Assembly: GCA_044224095.1 (NCBI GenBank)
Contig: JBGALC010000007.1
Coordinates: 20,036 to 84,035, forward strand
Source: Micropruina sp.
GTDB lineage: Bacteria > Actinomycetota > Actinomycetes > Propionibacteriales > Propionibacteriaceae
DNA length: 64,000 nucleotides
Direction of reading: 5' to 3'
Shown here in pieces: positions 21,504-30,919 of the stretch. Position 1 is the first letter of the stretch, and each line of letters starts with the position of its first letter. Below the pieces are notes generated by a model, which did no database searches, was not told the DNA's origin, and worked only from the letters and a program-made list of their open reading frames with translations. The position numbers and the translations under genes are program-made.

Positions 21504-22754
21504 TCAGCCGGCGAACCGGTCGAGCTCGGCGAGCACGGCGGCGGTGCCGTCGACCGCCCGGGCGACCCGGCCCGCCTCGACCGCTCCGGCCCGATGGCGG
21601 TCGCCGGCGACGTCGGCGATCAGCCCGGCCAGCCGGCGCGCGGTCAGCCGAGGGAGCGGGACGGGGGCCGGCCCGACCCCGAGCTCGGCCAGCCGGCGTC
21701 CGTGGTAGTGCTGGTCGAGGATCGCCGGGGCGCAGGCTGACGGCACCCCGGCCCGCAGCCCGGCGGCGGTGGTGCCGGCGCCCCCGTGGTGCACCACCCC
21801 GGCCAGCCGCGGGAGCAGCGCGTCGTGCGGCACGGAGCCGGTCGTGCAGAGCAGCTCGGTGACCACCCCGACCGGACCGCCGGGCACCGTCGGGACGACC
21901 AGCCGGCGTCCGGACAGCCGGGCGGCCTCGCCGAGCAGGTCCAGCCAGGCCGTGCCGCCGGCGTCGTTCAGGCTGCCCAGGCCGACGTGGACGGGTGGCT
22001 CGCCGGCGTCCAGGAACGACCGCAGCGGCTCGGCGGGTGCCCAGTCCGGCGGGACCGGCGGACGGATCGCGCCGGTCTGCACGCAGCGTTCCGGCCAGTC
22101 GGGGGCCGGCGGGACGAGCACGGCGTCCGCCGCCAGCCAGATCGGGTGCCGGTCGGCGGCGGCGGCCAGGCCGGCGGCGCTGTGCCGCCGCAGCCCTTCC
22201 CGGTGTCGGAACACCCCTGCGGTGTGCCGGGACAGCCCCTGCACGGTGTGCCAGTACCAGTCGACGAACCGGCGACGCAGCCGTGGCGGACCCGACAACC
22301 GGTGGCCCTCCAGGTGGCTCGCCGGCCGCAGGGTGGGCAGGACCGCGGTGTGCAGCACGGTGGCCATCCGGCAGCCGCGGCTCTCGACCAGGGCCAGCGC
22401 GGCGTCCCGGGAGGCCACCCCGGTCACCACCGGCGAGCCGGCCGGCACCTCGTCCAGTGCGGACGCCAGCGGTTCGGCCAGCCCGGCCAGCCAGCGCCCC
22501 AGCAGCACCGGCTGCGCGAGCGGCGTCCGGTAGGCCAGCCGGCCCAGCCGTCCGGACCCCAGCCGGGCCACCTCGGCCATCGCCGGGCCGAGGCCGCGGA
22601 AGCCGGCGCCGTGGGCGCGGACCAGGTCGCCGTACTCGTCGACGGCGACCACCGTCGCCGGACGTCCCCGGGCGGCGACCGCGCCGGCCAGCACGGCCAT
22701 CGGCTCCACGTCCCCGCGGGAGCCGACCGCCAGGAAGGTGACCGGCGCCGGCAT
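21504..22754 (-). CDS. GT-B glycosyltransferase (family 1/28-like)
   Basis: GSRGDVEP N-motif, VHHGGAGTT, DQ motif; start overlaps the rseP stop. Confidence 0.88.
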   Translation of the reverse strand: MPAPVTFLAVGSRGDVEPMAVLAGAVAARGRPATVVAVDEYGDLVRAHGAGFRGLGPAMAEVARLGSGRLGRLAYRTPLAQPVLLGRWLAGLAEPLASALDEVPAGSPVVTGVASRDAALALVESRGCRMATVLHTAVLPTLRPASHLEGHRLSGPPRLRRRFVDWYWHTVQGLSRHTAGVFRHREGLRRHSAAGLAAAADRHPIWLAADAVLVPPAPDWPERCVQTGAIRPPVPPDWAPAEPLRSFLDAGEPPVHVGLGSLNDAGGTAWLDLLGEAARLSGRRLVVPTVPGGPVGVVTELLCTTGSVPHDALLPRLAGVVHHGGAGTTAAGLRAGVPSACAPAILDQHYHGRRLAELGVGPAPVPLPRLTARRLAGLIADVAGDRHRAGAVEAGRVARAVDGTAAVLAELDRFAG

Positions 22755-24037
22755 CAGAACAGCTGCATCGGGCTGACGATGTCGGCCAGGATCAGCACCG
22801 CGCCGCTGAGCAGCAGGAAGCCGCCCACCGCGTACGCGACCGGCAGCAGTTGCGCGGTGTCGAAGTGTCCCGGGTCGTCGCGGCCGAACAGCCGGGCCCA
22901 GCCGCGGCGGGCGGCCTCCCACAGCGCGCCGGCGATGTGGCCGCCGTCCAGCGGCGGCAGCGGGACGAAGTTGAACAGGGCCAGGAACAGGTTGACCGCG
23001 GCCAGCAGCGAGCCGAACAGCACCAGCTTGTCGGTGACGTCGATCCGGTCGCTGGCCACCACCTCGCCGGCGGCCCGGCTGGCGCCGACGATGCTGAGCG
23101 GACCGTAGATGTCGCGCGGCCTGCCCTGCACCAGGTCGGCGACCACGTTGTAGACCTTGACCGGGAACTGGGCGATGGCGACCGCGCCCTGCCTGGTCAT
23201 CGTCCACATCTGCTGGACCACCTCGACCGGACCGCCCTTGACCAGCACCGAGGTGGGCGTGATGCCGAACCAGCCGGCCGGGATCCGCCGGCTCGGGTCG
23301 AGTTCGTCGGGGACGCCGGTGACCACCGTGCGCACCGGGGTCAGCGGCGTCCGGACGCCGTCCCGGTCGACCACGACGCGGGCCTCGCCGTCGAGGTTGA
23401 CGCGGATCAGCTCGACCAGCTGCGGGTAGCTGGTGACCGGCACGCCGTTGAACTCGACCACCCGGTCGCCGGCCCGGATGCCCGACTTGGCCGCCGGGGT
23501 GTCCGGCACCAGGCACTGGGTGGTGGGCTGGTTCTCCCGGACGATGCAGGGCTGGATCTCGGCCACCACCGGCTGCGGCTGCCAGCTGCCGTGCAGGCCG
23601 AGGATCGACCAGAACAGGACGAAGGCGATCAGCACGTTCATCGCCGGCCCGCCGGCCATCACGATCAGCTTCTGCCACGTCTTCTTCTGGTAGAACAGCC
23701 GGTCGTCGGCGATGTCGTCCGGGGTGATCTCGGACCATTCGTAGGCACGGGCGGTGTCGGCGAAGCGGGCCAGCCGGCCGTCCCGGCGGCCCCCGGGCAC
23801 CGGCGGGTACATGCCCATCAACCGGACGTAGCCACCCAGCGGGATCCACTTGACGCCGTACTCGGTCTCGCCGCGCCTGGTCGACCAGATCGTCGGCCCG
23901 AAGCCGACGAAGTACTTCGGCACCCGGATGCCGAACGCCTTGGCGGGCACCAGGTGACCGATCTCGTGCAGCGCGATGGAGACCAGGATGCAGCCGAAGA
24001 AGACCACCGCGAAGACGACGGTGAGCAGGGCGTTCAT
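22754..24037 (-). CDS. rseP: M50 site-2 metalloprotease with PDZ domain (RseP/Rip1)
   Basis: HEIGH, GFGP, IPLGGY, AGGPAMN, NFVPLPPLDGGH. Confidence 0.93.
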   Translation of the reverse strand: MNALLTVVFAVVFFGCILVSIALHEIGHLVPAKAFGIRVPKYFVGFGPTIWSTRRGETEYGVKWIPLGGYVRLMGMYPPVPGGRRDGRLARFADTARAYEWSEITPDDIADDRLFYQKKTWQKLIVMAGGPAMNVLIAFVLFWSILGLHGSWQPQPVVAEIQPCIVRENQPTTQCLVPDTPAAKSGIRAGDRVVEFNGVPVTSYPQLVELIRVNLDGEARVVVDRDGVRTPLTPVRTVVTGVPDELDPSRRIPAGWFGITPTSVLVKGGPVEVVQQMWTMTRQGAVAIAQFPVKVYNVVADLVQGRPRDIYGPLSIVGASRAAGEVVASDRIDVTDKLVLFGSLLAAVNLFLALFNFVPLPPLDGGHIAGALWEAARRGWARLFGRDDPGHFDTAQLLPVAYAVGGFLLLSGAVLILADIVSPMQLF

Positions 24038-25206
24038 GCTTGTCCCGCGATCGGCCGGGCCGCGATCAGCTGGGCGGCGCGGGTGCGGCCCCAGGCGTCC
24101 GCGGCCAGCACGGCCTCGACGCTGAGCGCCGCGTCGGACGGCTGGGCCAGGTGCTCCTGGACCACCGCGGTGACCGTGTCGACGATGTCGAGGAAGCCGA
24201 TCCGGCCCTCGCAGAAGGCGTCCACGCAGACCTCGTTGGCGGCGTTGTAGATGGCCGGCGCCGTGCCGCCGGCCCGGCCGCAGCGGCGGGCCAGTCCGAC
24301 CGCGGGAAAGGCCTCGTCGTCGAGCGGCTCGAAGCGCCAGTCGATGCAGCGGGTCCAGTCGAACGCCCGTGCCGCGCCCGGCAGCCGGTCGGGCCAGTTC
24401 AGGGCCAGCGCGATCGGCAGCTTCATGTCCGGCGGCGAGCACTGGGCGATGGTCGAACCGTCGCAGAACTCGACCATGGAATGCACGTCCGAGGACGGAT
24501 GCACCACCACCTCGATGGCGTCCAGGTCGATGCCGTAGAGCAGGCCCGCCTCGAGCAGCTCGAGGCCCTTGTTCATCAGCGTCGCCGAGTTGATGGTGAT
24601 GATCCGGCCCATGTTCCAGGTCGGGTGGGCCAGCGCCTGCTCCGGGGTGACCGCGGTCAGCTCGGCGCGGCCGCGGCCGCGGAACGGCCCGCCGGAGGCG
24701 GTCAGGATCAGCCGGCGGACCTCGTCGGCGCGTCCGGCCCGCAGCGCCTGGGCGAAGGCAGAATGCTCCGAGTCGACGGCCACGATCTGGCCGGGCTGGG
24801 CGGCCGAGGTGACCAGTTCGCCGCCGATCACCAGCGACTCCTTGTTGGCCAGCGCCAGGGTGTTGCCGGCGGCCAGCGCGGCCAGCGTCGGCTCCAGCCC
24901 GGCGGCGCCGGTGATGGCGTTGACCACCACGTCGCAGGGCAGTCCGGCGAGCCGCTGGGAGGCGTCCGGACCGACCCAGAGCGCGGTGGCGGCCGGCAGG
25001 CGTCCCTCCAGCGCGGCGGCGGCCGCCGGGGTCGGCACGGCCACCACGTCGGGCCGGCAGGCGTGGGCCTGCTCGGCCAGCAGGTCGAGGTTGCTGCCGC
25101 CGGCGGACAGCCCGATCACCCGGAAGCGATCGGGATGGCCGGCGGTCACCTCCAGGGTCTGGGTTCCGATCGAGCCGGTGCTGCCCAGCAGGACGACGTC
25201 ACGCAC
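24034..25206 (-). CDS. dxr: 1-deoxy-D-xylulose-5-phosphate reductoisomerase
   Basis: LGSTGSIG, LANKESL, VDSEH, LTASGGPF, HPTWNMG, NKGLE. Confidence 0.98.
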   Translation of the reverse strand: MRDVVLLGSTGSIGTQTLEVTAGHPDRFRVIGLSAGGSNLDLLAEQAHACRPDVVAVPTPAAAAALEGRLPAATALWVGPDASQRLAGLPCDVVVNAITGAAGLEPTLAALAAGNTLALANKESLVIGGELVTSAAQPGQIVAVDSEHSAFAQALRAGRADEVRRLILTASGGPFRGRGRAELTAVTPEQALAHPTWNMGRIITINSATLMNKGLELLEAGLLYGIDLDAIEVVVHPSSDVHSMVEFCDGSTIAQCSPPDMKLPIALALNWPDRLPGAARAFDWTRCIDWRFEPLDDEAFPAVGLARRCGRAGGTAPAIYNAANEVCVDAFCEGRIGFLDIVDTVTAVVQEHLAQPSDAALSVEAVLAADAWGRTRAAQLIAARPIAGQA

Positions 25207-25215
25207 CGAGCCAGG

Positions 25216-26451
25216 CTACAGGCGCAGCCCGCCGACCAGCTCCCTGGCCTCCCGGATGGCCAGCCCGCGTCGATGCAGCCGGCGCAGCCGGGCGTCGGCC
25301 TCGGCCCGCGTCCACTGCCCCAGCCCGAGCCGCAGGTTGGCCACCTCCACCTCGTGGTCCACCCAGGCCAGACCGGCCAGCAGCAGCCCGTCGCCGTGGT
25401 CCCGCCATGTCGCGGCCCGCTGCTCCAGCGCGGCGAGCCGCTGCTCCCCGGCCGCCCGGGCGGCCGTGTACTCGCGGCGCAGCGCGTCGGCCGCCGGCTC
25501 GCGGACCGCTCCCTCCCGGACGAGTCCCGCCAGCCCCTCCAGGTAGCCGGTCACCGCGGACAGCTCGGCGCGCACCTCGGCGAGGTCGTCCACCAGCCGG
25601 GGAACCTGGACCAGCGCCGCGAAGACCAGCGCGGTCACCTCCGCCTCCTCGGGCGCGCCCTGGCCCAGCCGGACCCGCAGCTGCGCCTCGATCAGCTCGA
25701 GCAGGTCGTCCAGCCGTTCGACCTCGGCGTGCAGCCGGGCCAGGTCGGCCGGCAGCGTCGCGGCCCGCTCGCGGGCGTCCTGCAGCGGCCCGAGCACCAG
25801 CGTGACCATCTCGGCGCGGGACAGGTGCAGCCGGTCGGCGGTGGAGTCGACCGCCTCCCCGACGGCATGCTGGGCGCGCTGCAGTTGGGCCCGCCAGCCC
25901 GCCGCCTGCTGCGGTGAGCCGGCTTCGGCCGGCGGCGCCGAGCGCCGGGTGAGCTCGCTGAGCGCCGCGTCCAGCGCCTTGGCGAAGCCGCCGACCGGAC
26001 GCATCGCCAGCCCCCAGGCGAGGGTCGCCGCCTTCGCCGCCGCCAGCAGCGCGAGCCCCTCCTCCTCGGCGGTGGGGCTCATCGTGGCGACGGCCCGCAG
26101 CGTCTCCAGGTAGGCGTCGAAGGACGTCCGGCCCGCCGCCATCAGGCCCAGCCACGTCTCGGCGGACAACCCGGTCGCCTCGGTCAGCACCTTGCTGATC
26201 AGCGCGGTGGCGGCCTTCCAGGCCGCCTGCACCGGCAGGGTCAGCGCGCCCAGGCTGGCCAGGTCGCCGGTGAGCGGGGCGGCCAGCTGGGACAGCGCGC
26301 CGTCCAGCTGGACGATGGTGGCCTGCGCGCCCGCGGCGTCCTCGGCGAACGCGCGCAGCCGCGTCTCCAGCAGCGCCACGGTGAGCGCCGCCGTCTCGGG
26401 CGACGTCGTGGTCTCCGCGGCCAACGCCGCCGGCACGAGTTGTGCATCCAT
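25216..26451 (-). CDS. Alpha-helical/coiled-coil hypothetical protein (CdvA-like C-terminus suspected)
   Basis: 411-aa ORF with GGAGG upstream, 38 bp downstream of the CHAT gene; amphipathic helical pattern throughout. Confidence 0.7.
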   Translation of the reverse strand: MDAQLVPAALAAETTTSPETAALTVALLETRLRAFAEDAAGAQATIVQLDGALSQLAAPLTGDLASLGALTLPVQAAWKAATALISKVLTEATGLSAETWLGLMAAGRTSFDAYLETLRAVATMSPTAEEEGLALLAAAKAATLAWGLAMRPVGGFAKALDAALSELTRRSAPPAEAGSPQQAAGWRAQLQRAQHAVGEAVDSTADRLHLSRAEMVTLVLGPLQDARERAATLPADLARLHAEVERLDDLLELIEAQLRVRLGQGAPEEAEVTALVFAALVQVPRLVDDLAEVRAELSAVTGYLEGLAGLVREGAVREPAADALRREYTAARAAGEQRLAALEQRAATWRDHGDGLLLAGLAWVDHEVEVANLRLGLGQWTRAEADARLRRLHRRGLAIREARELVGGLRL

Positions 26452-26489
26452 TCCCGGGCTCCCTCCGCTGCATCCCCCACCGGAAAGTG

Positions 26490-29063
26490 TCAGTCACCGG
26501 CCGGGTGATGCGCCATGGTGGCGAGGCCGGCGCCGAAACAGACGAACGCACGGCGTCCGGGAGGCTGCTCGGCCTGGGCGTCGGCGAGGGCGAGCGCCGG
26601 CGGGCCCGCCCCCGCCAGGGCGGCGTGCAGGCGGGTCATCACCGTGTCGGTGCCGCCGTCTGGCACCGGCGCGACCGGGGCGATCAGCGTCCGGGTGCCG
26701 CGCACCAGGCAGGCCGCGGCGAAGCCGAGCAGCGCCTCCCCGGGACGCGACACCGGCCGGCCGCTGTCGCAACTGGCCAGGACCAGGGTGCGCGGCAGCC
26801 GCGCCAGGGTGTCCAGGTGGTGCACCAGCAGCGCGCCGTCCGACATCGTCAGCTCGGAGAACTGCGGATTGTCGGGACGCAGCCAGCCGTGGGTCGCCAG
26901 GTGGGCCAGTTCGGCCGCGGCCAGCCCGTCGAGGACCGGCCGGACGCCGGCGTCCGGATCGAGCAGCGGCGTCACCCCGTGGACCGCGGCGACGGCCTTC
27001 GCCTCACGGAGCGCGCCGGGCAGCCCCGGGCCGGCGGCGACCAGCACCGGTCCGGGCGCCTGCCCGGCGCCGGCGACGGCCCGGCACCACTGCCGCACCG
27101 AGGACGCCACCACCAGCGGGCGTCCGGTCAGCGCGGGCAGTTCGTGCCAGGGCACGGCGTGCAGGAAGGCCGGCGGGACGGCCACCAGGTGGCGTCCGGT
27201 GGTCTCCGGCAGCGCGGTCAGCAGCACGGTCTGCAGCTCGGTCGCGGCGGTCTCCAGCAGCCGGTGCAGGGACGGCCCCAACGGTCCGTGGTCGAACCCG
27301 TCCGCGGCCAGCCGCTGCATCGCGAAGCCGAGCCGGTCGACCGCGGACCGGACGGCCCGCTCGGCGCCCAGCCGCTGGTGCAGGCGGGTCCGGCCGGCCA
27401 CCCGGGTGAGCGCGTGCAGGTGCGGCCCGCGGACGAACCAGACCACCATCGCGGCGTCGCCCAGCCGGGCGTCCAGTTCCGCCATCCGGACCGGACGCAG
27501 CAGCTCGCCGGCGCCTCGGGCGGTCCGGCTGCGGTCCCTGATCCGCGCCGCCAGCGCGGCCTTCTCCCGCTCGCCGCCGCCCCCCGCCCGGTGGCGCTCC
27601 AGCAGCCGGGCCAGCTCCGGGTCCGGCGGTGGCCGGACGGCGTCGCGGACCAGCACCGTCGCGCGGGCCCGCTCGACGGCGTCGAAGACCGCGCCGGGGC
27701 GACCCCCGGTGAGCGCCAGGTCGACCCCGAGCCCGGCCAGTTCCAGCCGGTGCCGGGCCAGGCCCGCGCGCAGCTCGTCGGCGCCGACCCCGGTCAGGTG
27801 GTCGTCCAGCACCGCCAGGCCGCGGCGGACGGCCCGCCCCGCCGGTCCCGGCCGGTCGGCCAGCTGCAGTGCCCGGGCGTACCACCCCCGCGCCCGCACC
27901 AGCGCCGGCCCTCGGCCGCGGCGCGACGCGGCGGCGGCGAGCGCGGCCGTCCGGTGCGGCTCGGGCGCCAGCGCCGCCACCAGCAGGTACGCCTCGACCG
28001 CCTCGGCGTCCCAGCCCGCGGTGGCGAGCAGCTCCGCCTGCCCGACCAGGGTGCGCCACCGGGGCCGTCCGCCCAGTTCGTGGCTGCTGAGGTCTCGCAG
28101 CAGCCGGGCCGCGGCCGCCCAGGTGGTCCGCCGCTGACGACGGAATCCGTCGCCGGCCGAGCGGGCCTGGTCGTGGGCGAGCCGGTGGTCGCCGCCGGCC
28201 GCCGCGCAGCGGGCCAGCAGCAGCCGCGCCTCGGGGATGCGCAGGGTGCGCCGCTCGGCCCGGGCCGCGGCCAGCGCGGCCTCCGCGTCGACCAGGGCCT
28301 CGGCGTCCAGGCCGACCCGTGCGAGCAGCTCGGCGCGGTCCATCAGCAACCCCGAGACCTGAATCCCGTTGGCCCGGAACGCCTCCTCCGCCCGGGCGTA
28401 CTCGGCGATCGCCCGCGGCACGTCGCCGGCCCGGCTGGCCGCGTAGCCCAGGTTGGAGGCGATCAGCGCGACGGCCGCGGGGCGTCCGAGCCCGGTGGCG
28501 AGCACCTCGGCCTCGACGAGGTCCGCGCGGCCGGCCGCGCACGACCCGACGTCGACGCGCAGGATGGCGCGGTTGATCAGCACCCGCTGCAGTCCGAGGT
28601 CGTCCCCCGCCCGGCGCAGCGTGGCCACCGCCTCATCGAGGTCGGCCAGGGCCAGCTCGGGACGTCCGAGCTCCCGCTGGATCAGCGCCCGGGTGCCGAG
28701 GGTGCGAGCCCGGACGACGTCGCCGGACGCCTCGGCCAGCGCCCGGTCCGCCTGCTGCAGCGCGGCGGGCAGGCGTCCGCTCAGGTGCAGCGCGTAGGCC
28801 AGCTTGGTGCGGGCGTCGGCGACCAACGCCGGTTCGGCGGAGGCCTCGGCCAGCCGGACGGCGGTGCGCAGCTCGGCGACGGCCTCGTCGGCGCGGCCGC
28901 CGTGCAGCAGGGCGTGGCCGAGAGCCCGGTGGCCCAGCGACCGGGAAGCGGAGTCGGCGAGGGCGAGTTCGGCGACCACCGTGCGCAGGCGCGGCAGGGC
29001 GGCCGACAGGTCACGGTCGGCTCGGGCCACCGCCGCCTCGGCCCTCTCGCGCGCGCTGGGCAT
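26490..29063 (-). CDS. TPR-CHAT (caspase-like) protease
   Basis: TPR-like helical repeats, then LAHLATHG (His) and LVLASCDSG (Cys), FVCFGAG near the C-terminus; start ATG 29063 inferred. Confidence 0.9.
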   Translation of the reverse strand: MPSARERAEAAVARADRDLSAALPRLRTVVAELALADSASRSLGHRALGHALLHGGRADEAVAELRTAVRLAEASAEPALVADARTKLAYALHLSGRLPAALQQADRALAEASGDVVRARTLGTRALIQRELGRPELALADLDEAVATLRRAGDDLGLQRVLINRAILRVDVGSCAAGRADLVEAEVLATGLGRPAAVALIASNLGYAASRAGDVPRAIAEYARAEEAFRANGIQVSGLLMDRAELLARVGLDAEALVDAEAALAAARAERRTLRIPEARLLLARCAAAGGDHRLAHDQARSAGDGFRRQRRTTWAAAARLLRDLSSHELGGRPRWRTLVGQAELLATAGWDAEAVEAYLLVAALAPEPHRTAALAAAASRRGRGPALVRARGWYARALQLADRPGPAGRAVRRGLAVLDDHLTGVGADELRAGLARHRLELAGLGVDLALTGGRPGAVFDAVERARATVLVRDAVRPPPDPELARLLERHRAGGGGEREKAALAARIRDRSRTARGAGELLRPVRMAELDARLGDAAMVVWFVRGPHLHALTRVAGRTRLHQRLGAERAVRSAVDRLGFAMQRLAADGFDHGPLGPSLHRLLETAATELQTVLLTALPETTGRHLVAVPPAFLHAVPWHELPALTGRPLVVASSVRQWCRAVAGAGQAPGPVLVAAGPGLPGALREAKAVAAVHGVTPLLDPDAGVRPVLDGLAAAELAHLATHGWLRPDNPQFSELTMSDGALLVHHLDTLARLPRTLVLASCDSGRPVSRPGEALLGFAAACLVRGTRTLIAPVAPVPDGGTDTVMTRLHAALAGAGPPALALADAQAEQPPGRRAFVCFGAGLATMAHHPAGD

Positions 29064-29204
29064 GTGCCATTGTCGACCCGCCGCAGCATCATCGGGCGCT
29101 CTCGCGACTCCGTCGGTCGGCGGGCCAGGCCAGGCCTTCCACGAAACCGATCCGCTGGTGGAGGATGAACACCCAGCCCTCCGCACGAGCCGAAGGCGAG
29201 AGCC

Positions 29205-30365
29205 ATGGAAGAAGCACCCCGATCTCAGGCCGCCGACGACGCGCATCGCCCCGCGTTGGTGGCGGAGACCGCGCAGCTGGCACTGGTCAGGAAGACCCTG
29301 GCGGGTCTGCTGGTGAACGCCACCTCCGAGGACCCCGGCGAGCAGGCGCTCGGACTCACCCGGCTGCCGCTGCGCGACTCCAACGGAGACGATCTGATCG
29401 AGCTCGACGGCCTGCTGGGCGAGGTTCGCCGGCGGATCGCCCGGGACCACGGCGGCTGGGTCCCGCCGCTCGGCAAGGACCGGGAGGCGAACACGGCGCT
29501 GGCGATGATGCGCGGCGGGAACCCGAAGCCGACCGGGCTGGCGCCCCAGCTGCCGACCGAGGACGACCTGCAGCTGCTGCCCGCCGCGGCCGGCAGGGCG
29601 GCCCTCGGCGCCTCCGCCGGTGCCGTCCGGGTCGGGCTGGTCGACACCGAGGAGGCCGACTGGAACGCCCAGGTGGACGATGTCGAGGCCTGGCGCGGGC
29701 ATGCCAGCTTCGTGCGCGGCATCGTGGAGTCCGCCGCCGAGGGCGTGGCCGTGGAACTGGAGCCGGCGCTCGACGGTCCCGGCGGCACCGGCACCGCCTG
29801 GAAGGTCGCCAACGCGATCGCCAGACTGGCCGCCGGCGGCGTCGACATTCTGCTGCTGCCCCTCGCCTGCTTCACCGCCGACGGACAGCCGCCGCTGCTC
29901 ATCCAACGCGCGGTCGAGGCGGTACCGGCGTCAACCCTGATCATCGCGGCGGCCGGCAACCAGACCCTTGATCCGGGCTGGTCGGCGCTCGGCCGGGGGC
30001 CGACCAACCCGGCCTGGCCGGCGGGGCTCCCCCGGGTGAAGGCGATCGGGGTCAACCCGGGCGAGATCAAGGACTTCGACGCCACCGGGCTGCCGCCGGT
30101 CCAGCCGTGGGTGGACGCGGTCACCGGACGGCTCTCCTTCGTCGGTGAGTTCTTCCATGGCGTGGTGCTGCTCGGCGGTGGGGCCGCCGAGAGCTTCAGC
30201 GGCCTGGCCAGGTGGACCGGCACCTCGTTCTCCGCCGCCTATGCCGCCGGGCTGGTCGCGGCCCGGATGCTCTCCGAGCCGGGACTTGCCGCGGTCGACG
30301 CCTGGGACGCACTGCTCGACGAGGGCGTGTCGTTGCAGCGTCCTCCCGTCGTGGAGCCGTCATGA
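29205..30365 (+). CDS. S8 subtilisin-like serine peptidase, no signal peptide
   Basis: VGLVDT (Asp), GHASFVRG (His), AAAGN (oxyanion Asn), WTGTSFSAA (Ser). Confidence 0.88.
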   Translation: MEEAPRSQAADDAHRPALVAETAQLALVRKTLAGLLVNATSEDPGEQALGLTRLPLRDSNGDDLIELDGLLGEVRRRIARDHGGWVPPLGKDREANTALAMMRGGNPKPTGLAPQLPTEDDLQLLPAAAGRAALGASAGAVRVGLVDTEEADWNAQVDDVEAWRGHASFVRGIVESAAEGVAVELEPALDGPGGTGTAWKVANAIARLAAGGVDILLLPLACFTADGQPPLLIQRAVEAVPASTLIIAAAGNQTLDPGWSALGRGPTNPAWPAGLPRVKAIGVNPGEIKDFDATGLPPVQPWVDAVTGRLSFVGEFFHGVVLLGGGAAESFSGLARWTGTSFSAAYAAGLVAARMLSEPGLAAVDAWDALLDEGVSLQRPPVVEPS

Positions 30366-30919
30366 CCGCCACCGAGCCGGTGGCCGACCTGGTCGCCGCC
30401 GCCCTCGGCGGTGACCAGGGAGCCTGGAACCGGCTGGTCGACCGGTTCGCCCCGTTGGTGGGATCGGTGTGCCGGAAGTTCTCCCTCGACCCGCACGATC
30501 GTCAGGACGTCGCCGCGGGCGTGTGGCTACGGCTGCTGGAACGACTGCACACCCTGCGGGAACCCGCGGCGCTGCCCGGCTGGATCGCCACCACCACCCG
30601 CAACGAGTGTCTGGCCCTGCTGCGTTCACGCCGCCGCAGCTTCCCCACCGACTTCGACCACGACGTGCCCGACGACGGGCCGGAGGCCGGCGCCGACCTG
30701 ATCGCCGGGCTGCGCCGGCAGGCACTCCGCGAGGCCTGGGCCGGGTTGTCGGATCGCTGCCGCGAACTGCTGAGCATGCTGTTCGGCGATCCTCCGGTGC
30801 CCTACGCGGACGTCGCGGCCCGGCTGGGCGTCCAGATCGGGACGATCGGCCCGACCCGGATCCGTTGTCTCGCCGTCCTGCGCCGGCAACCGGCGCTGGC
30901 GTCCTGGGGAGGTGCGTGA
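30362..30919 (+). CDS. ECF RNA polymerase sigma factor
   Basis: GDQGAWNRLVDRF, LPGWIATTTRNECL, LSDRCRELL...YADVAARLG..IGTIGPTRIRCL; ATGA overlap with the S8 stop. Confidence 0.92.
   Translation: MTATEPVADLVAAALGGDQGAWNRLVDRFAPLVGSVCRKFSLDPHDRQDVAAGVWLRLLERLHTLREPAALPGWIATTTRNECLALLRSRRRSFPTDFDHDVPDDGPEAGADLIAGLRRQALREAWAGLSDRCRELLSMLFGDPPVPYADVAARLGVQIGTIGPTRIRCLAVLRRQPALASWGGA

Noticed and set aside
29064-29906. N-terminal extension of the CHAT ORF to 1138 aa
   Set aside because: Extension is antisense to the S8 gene; the real start is more plausibly near 29063
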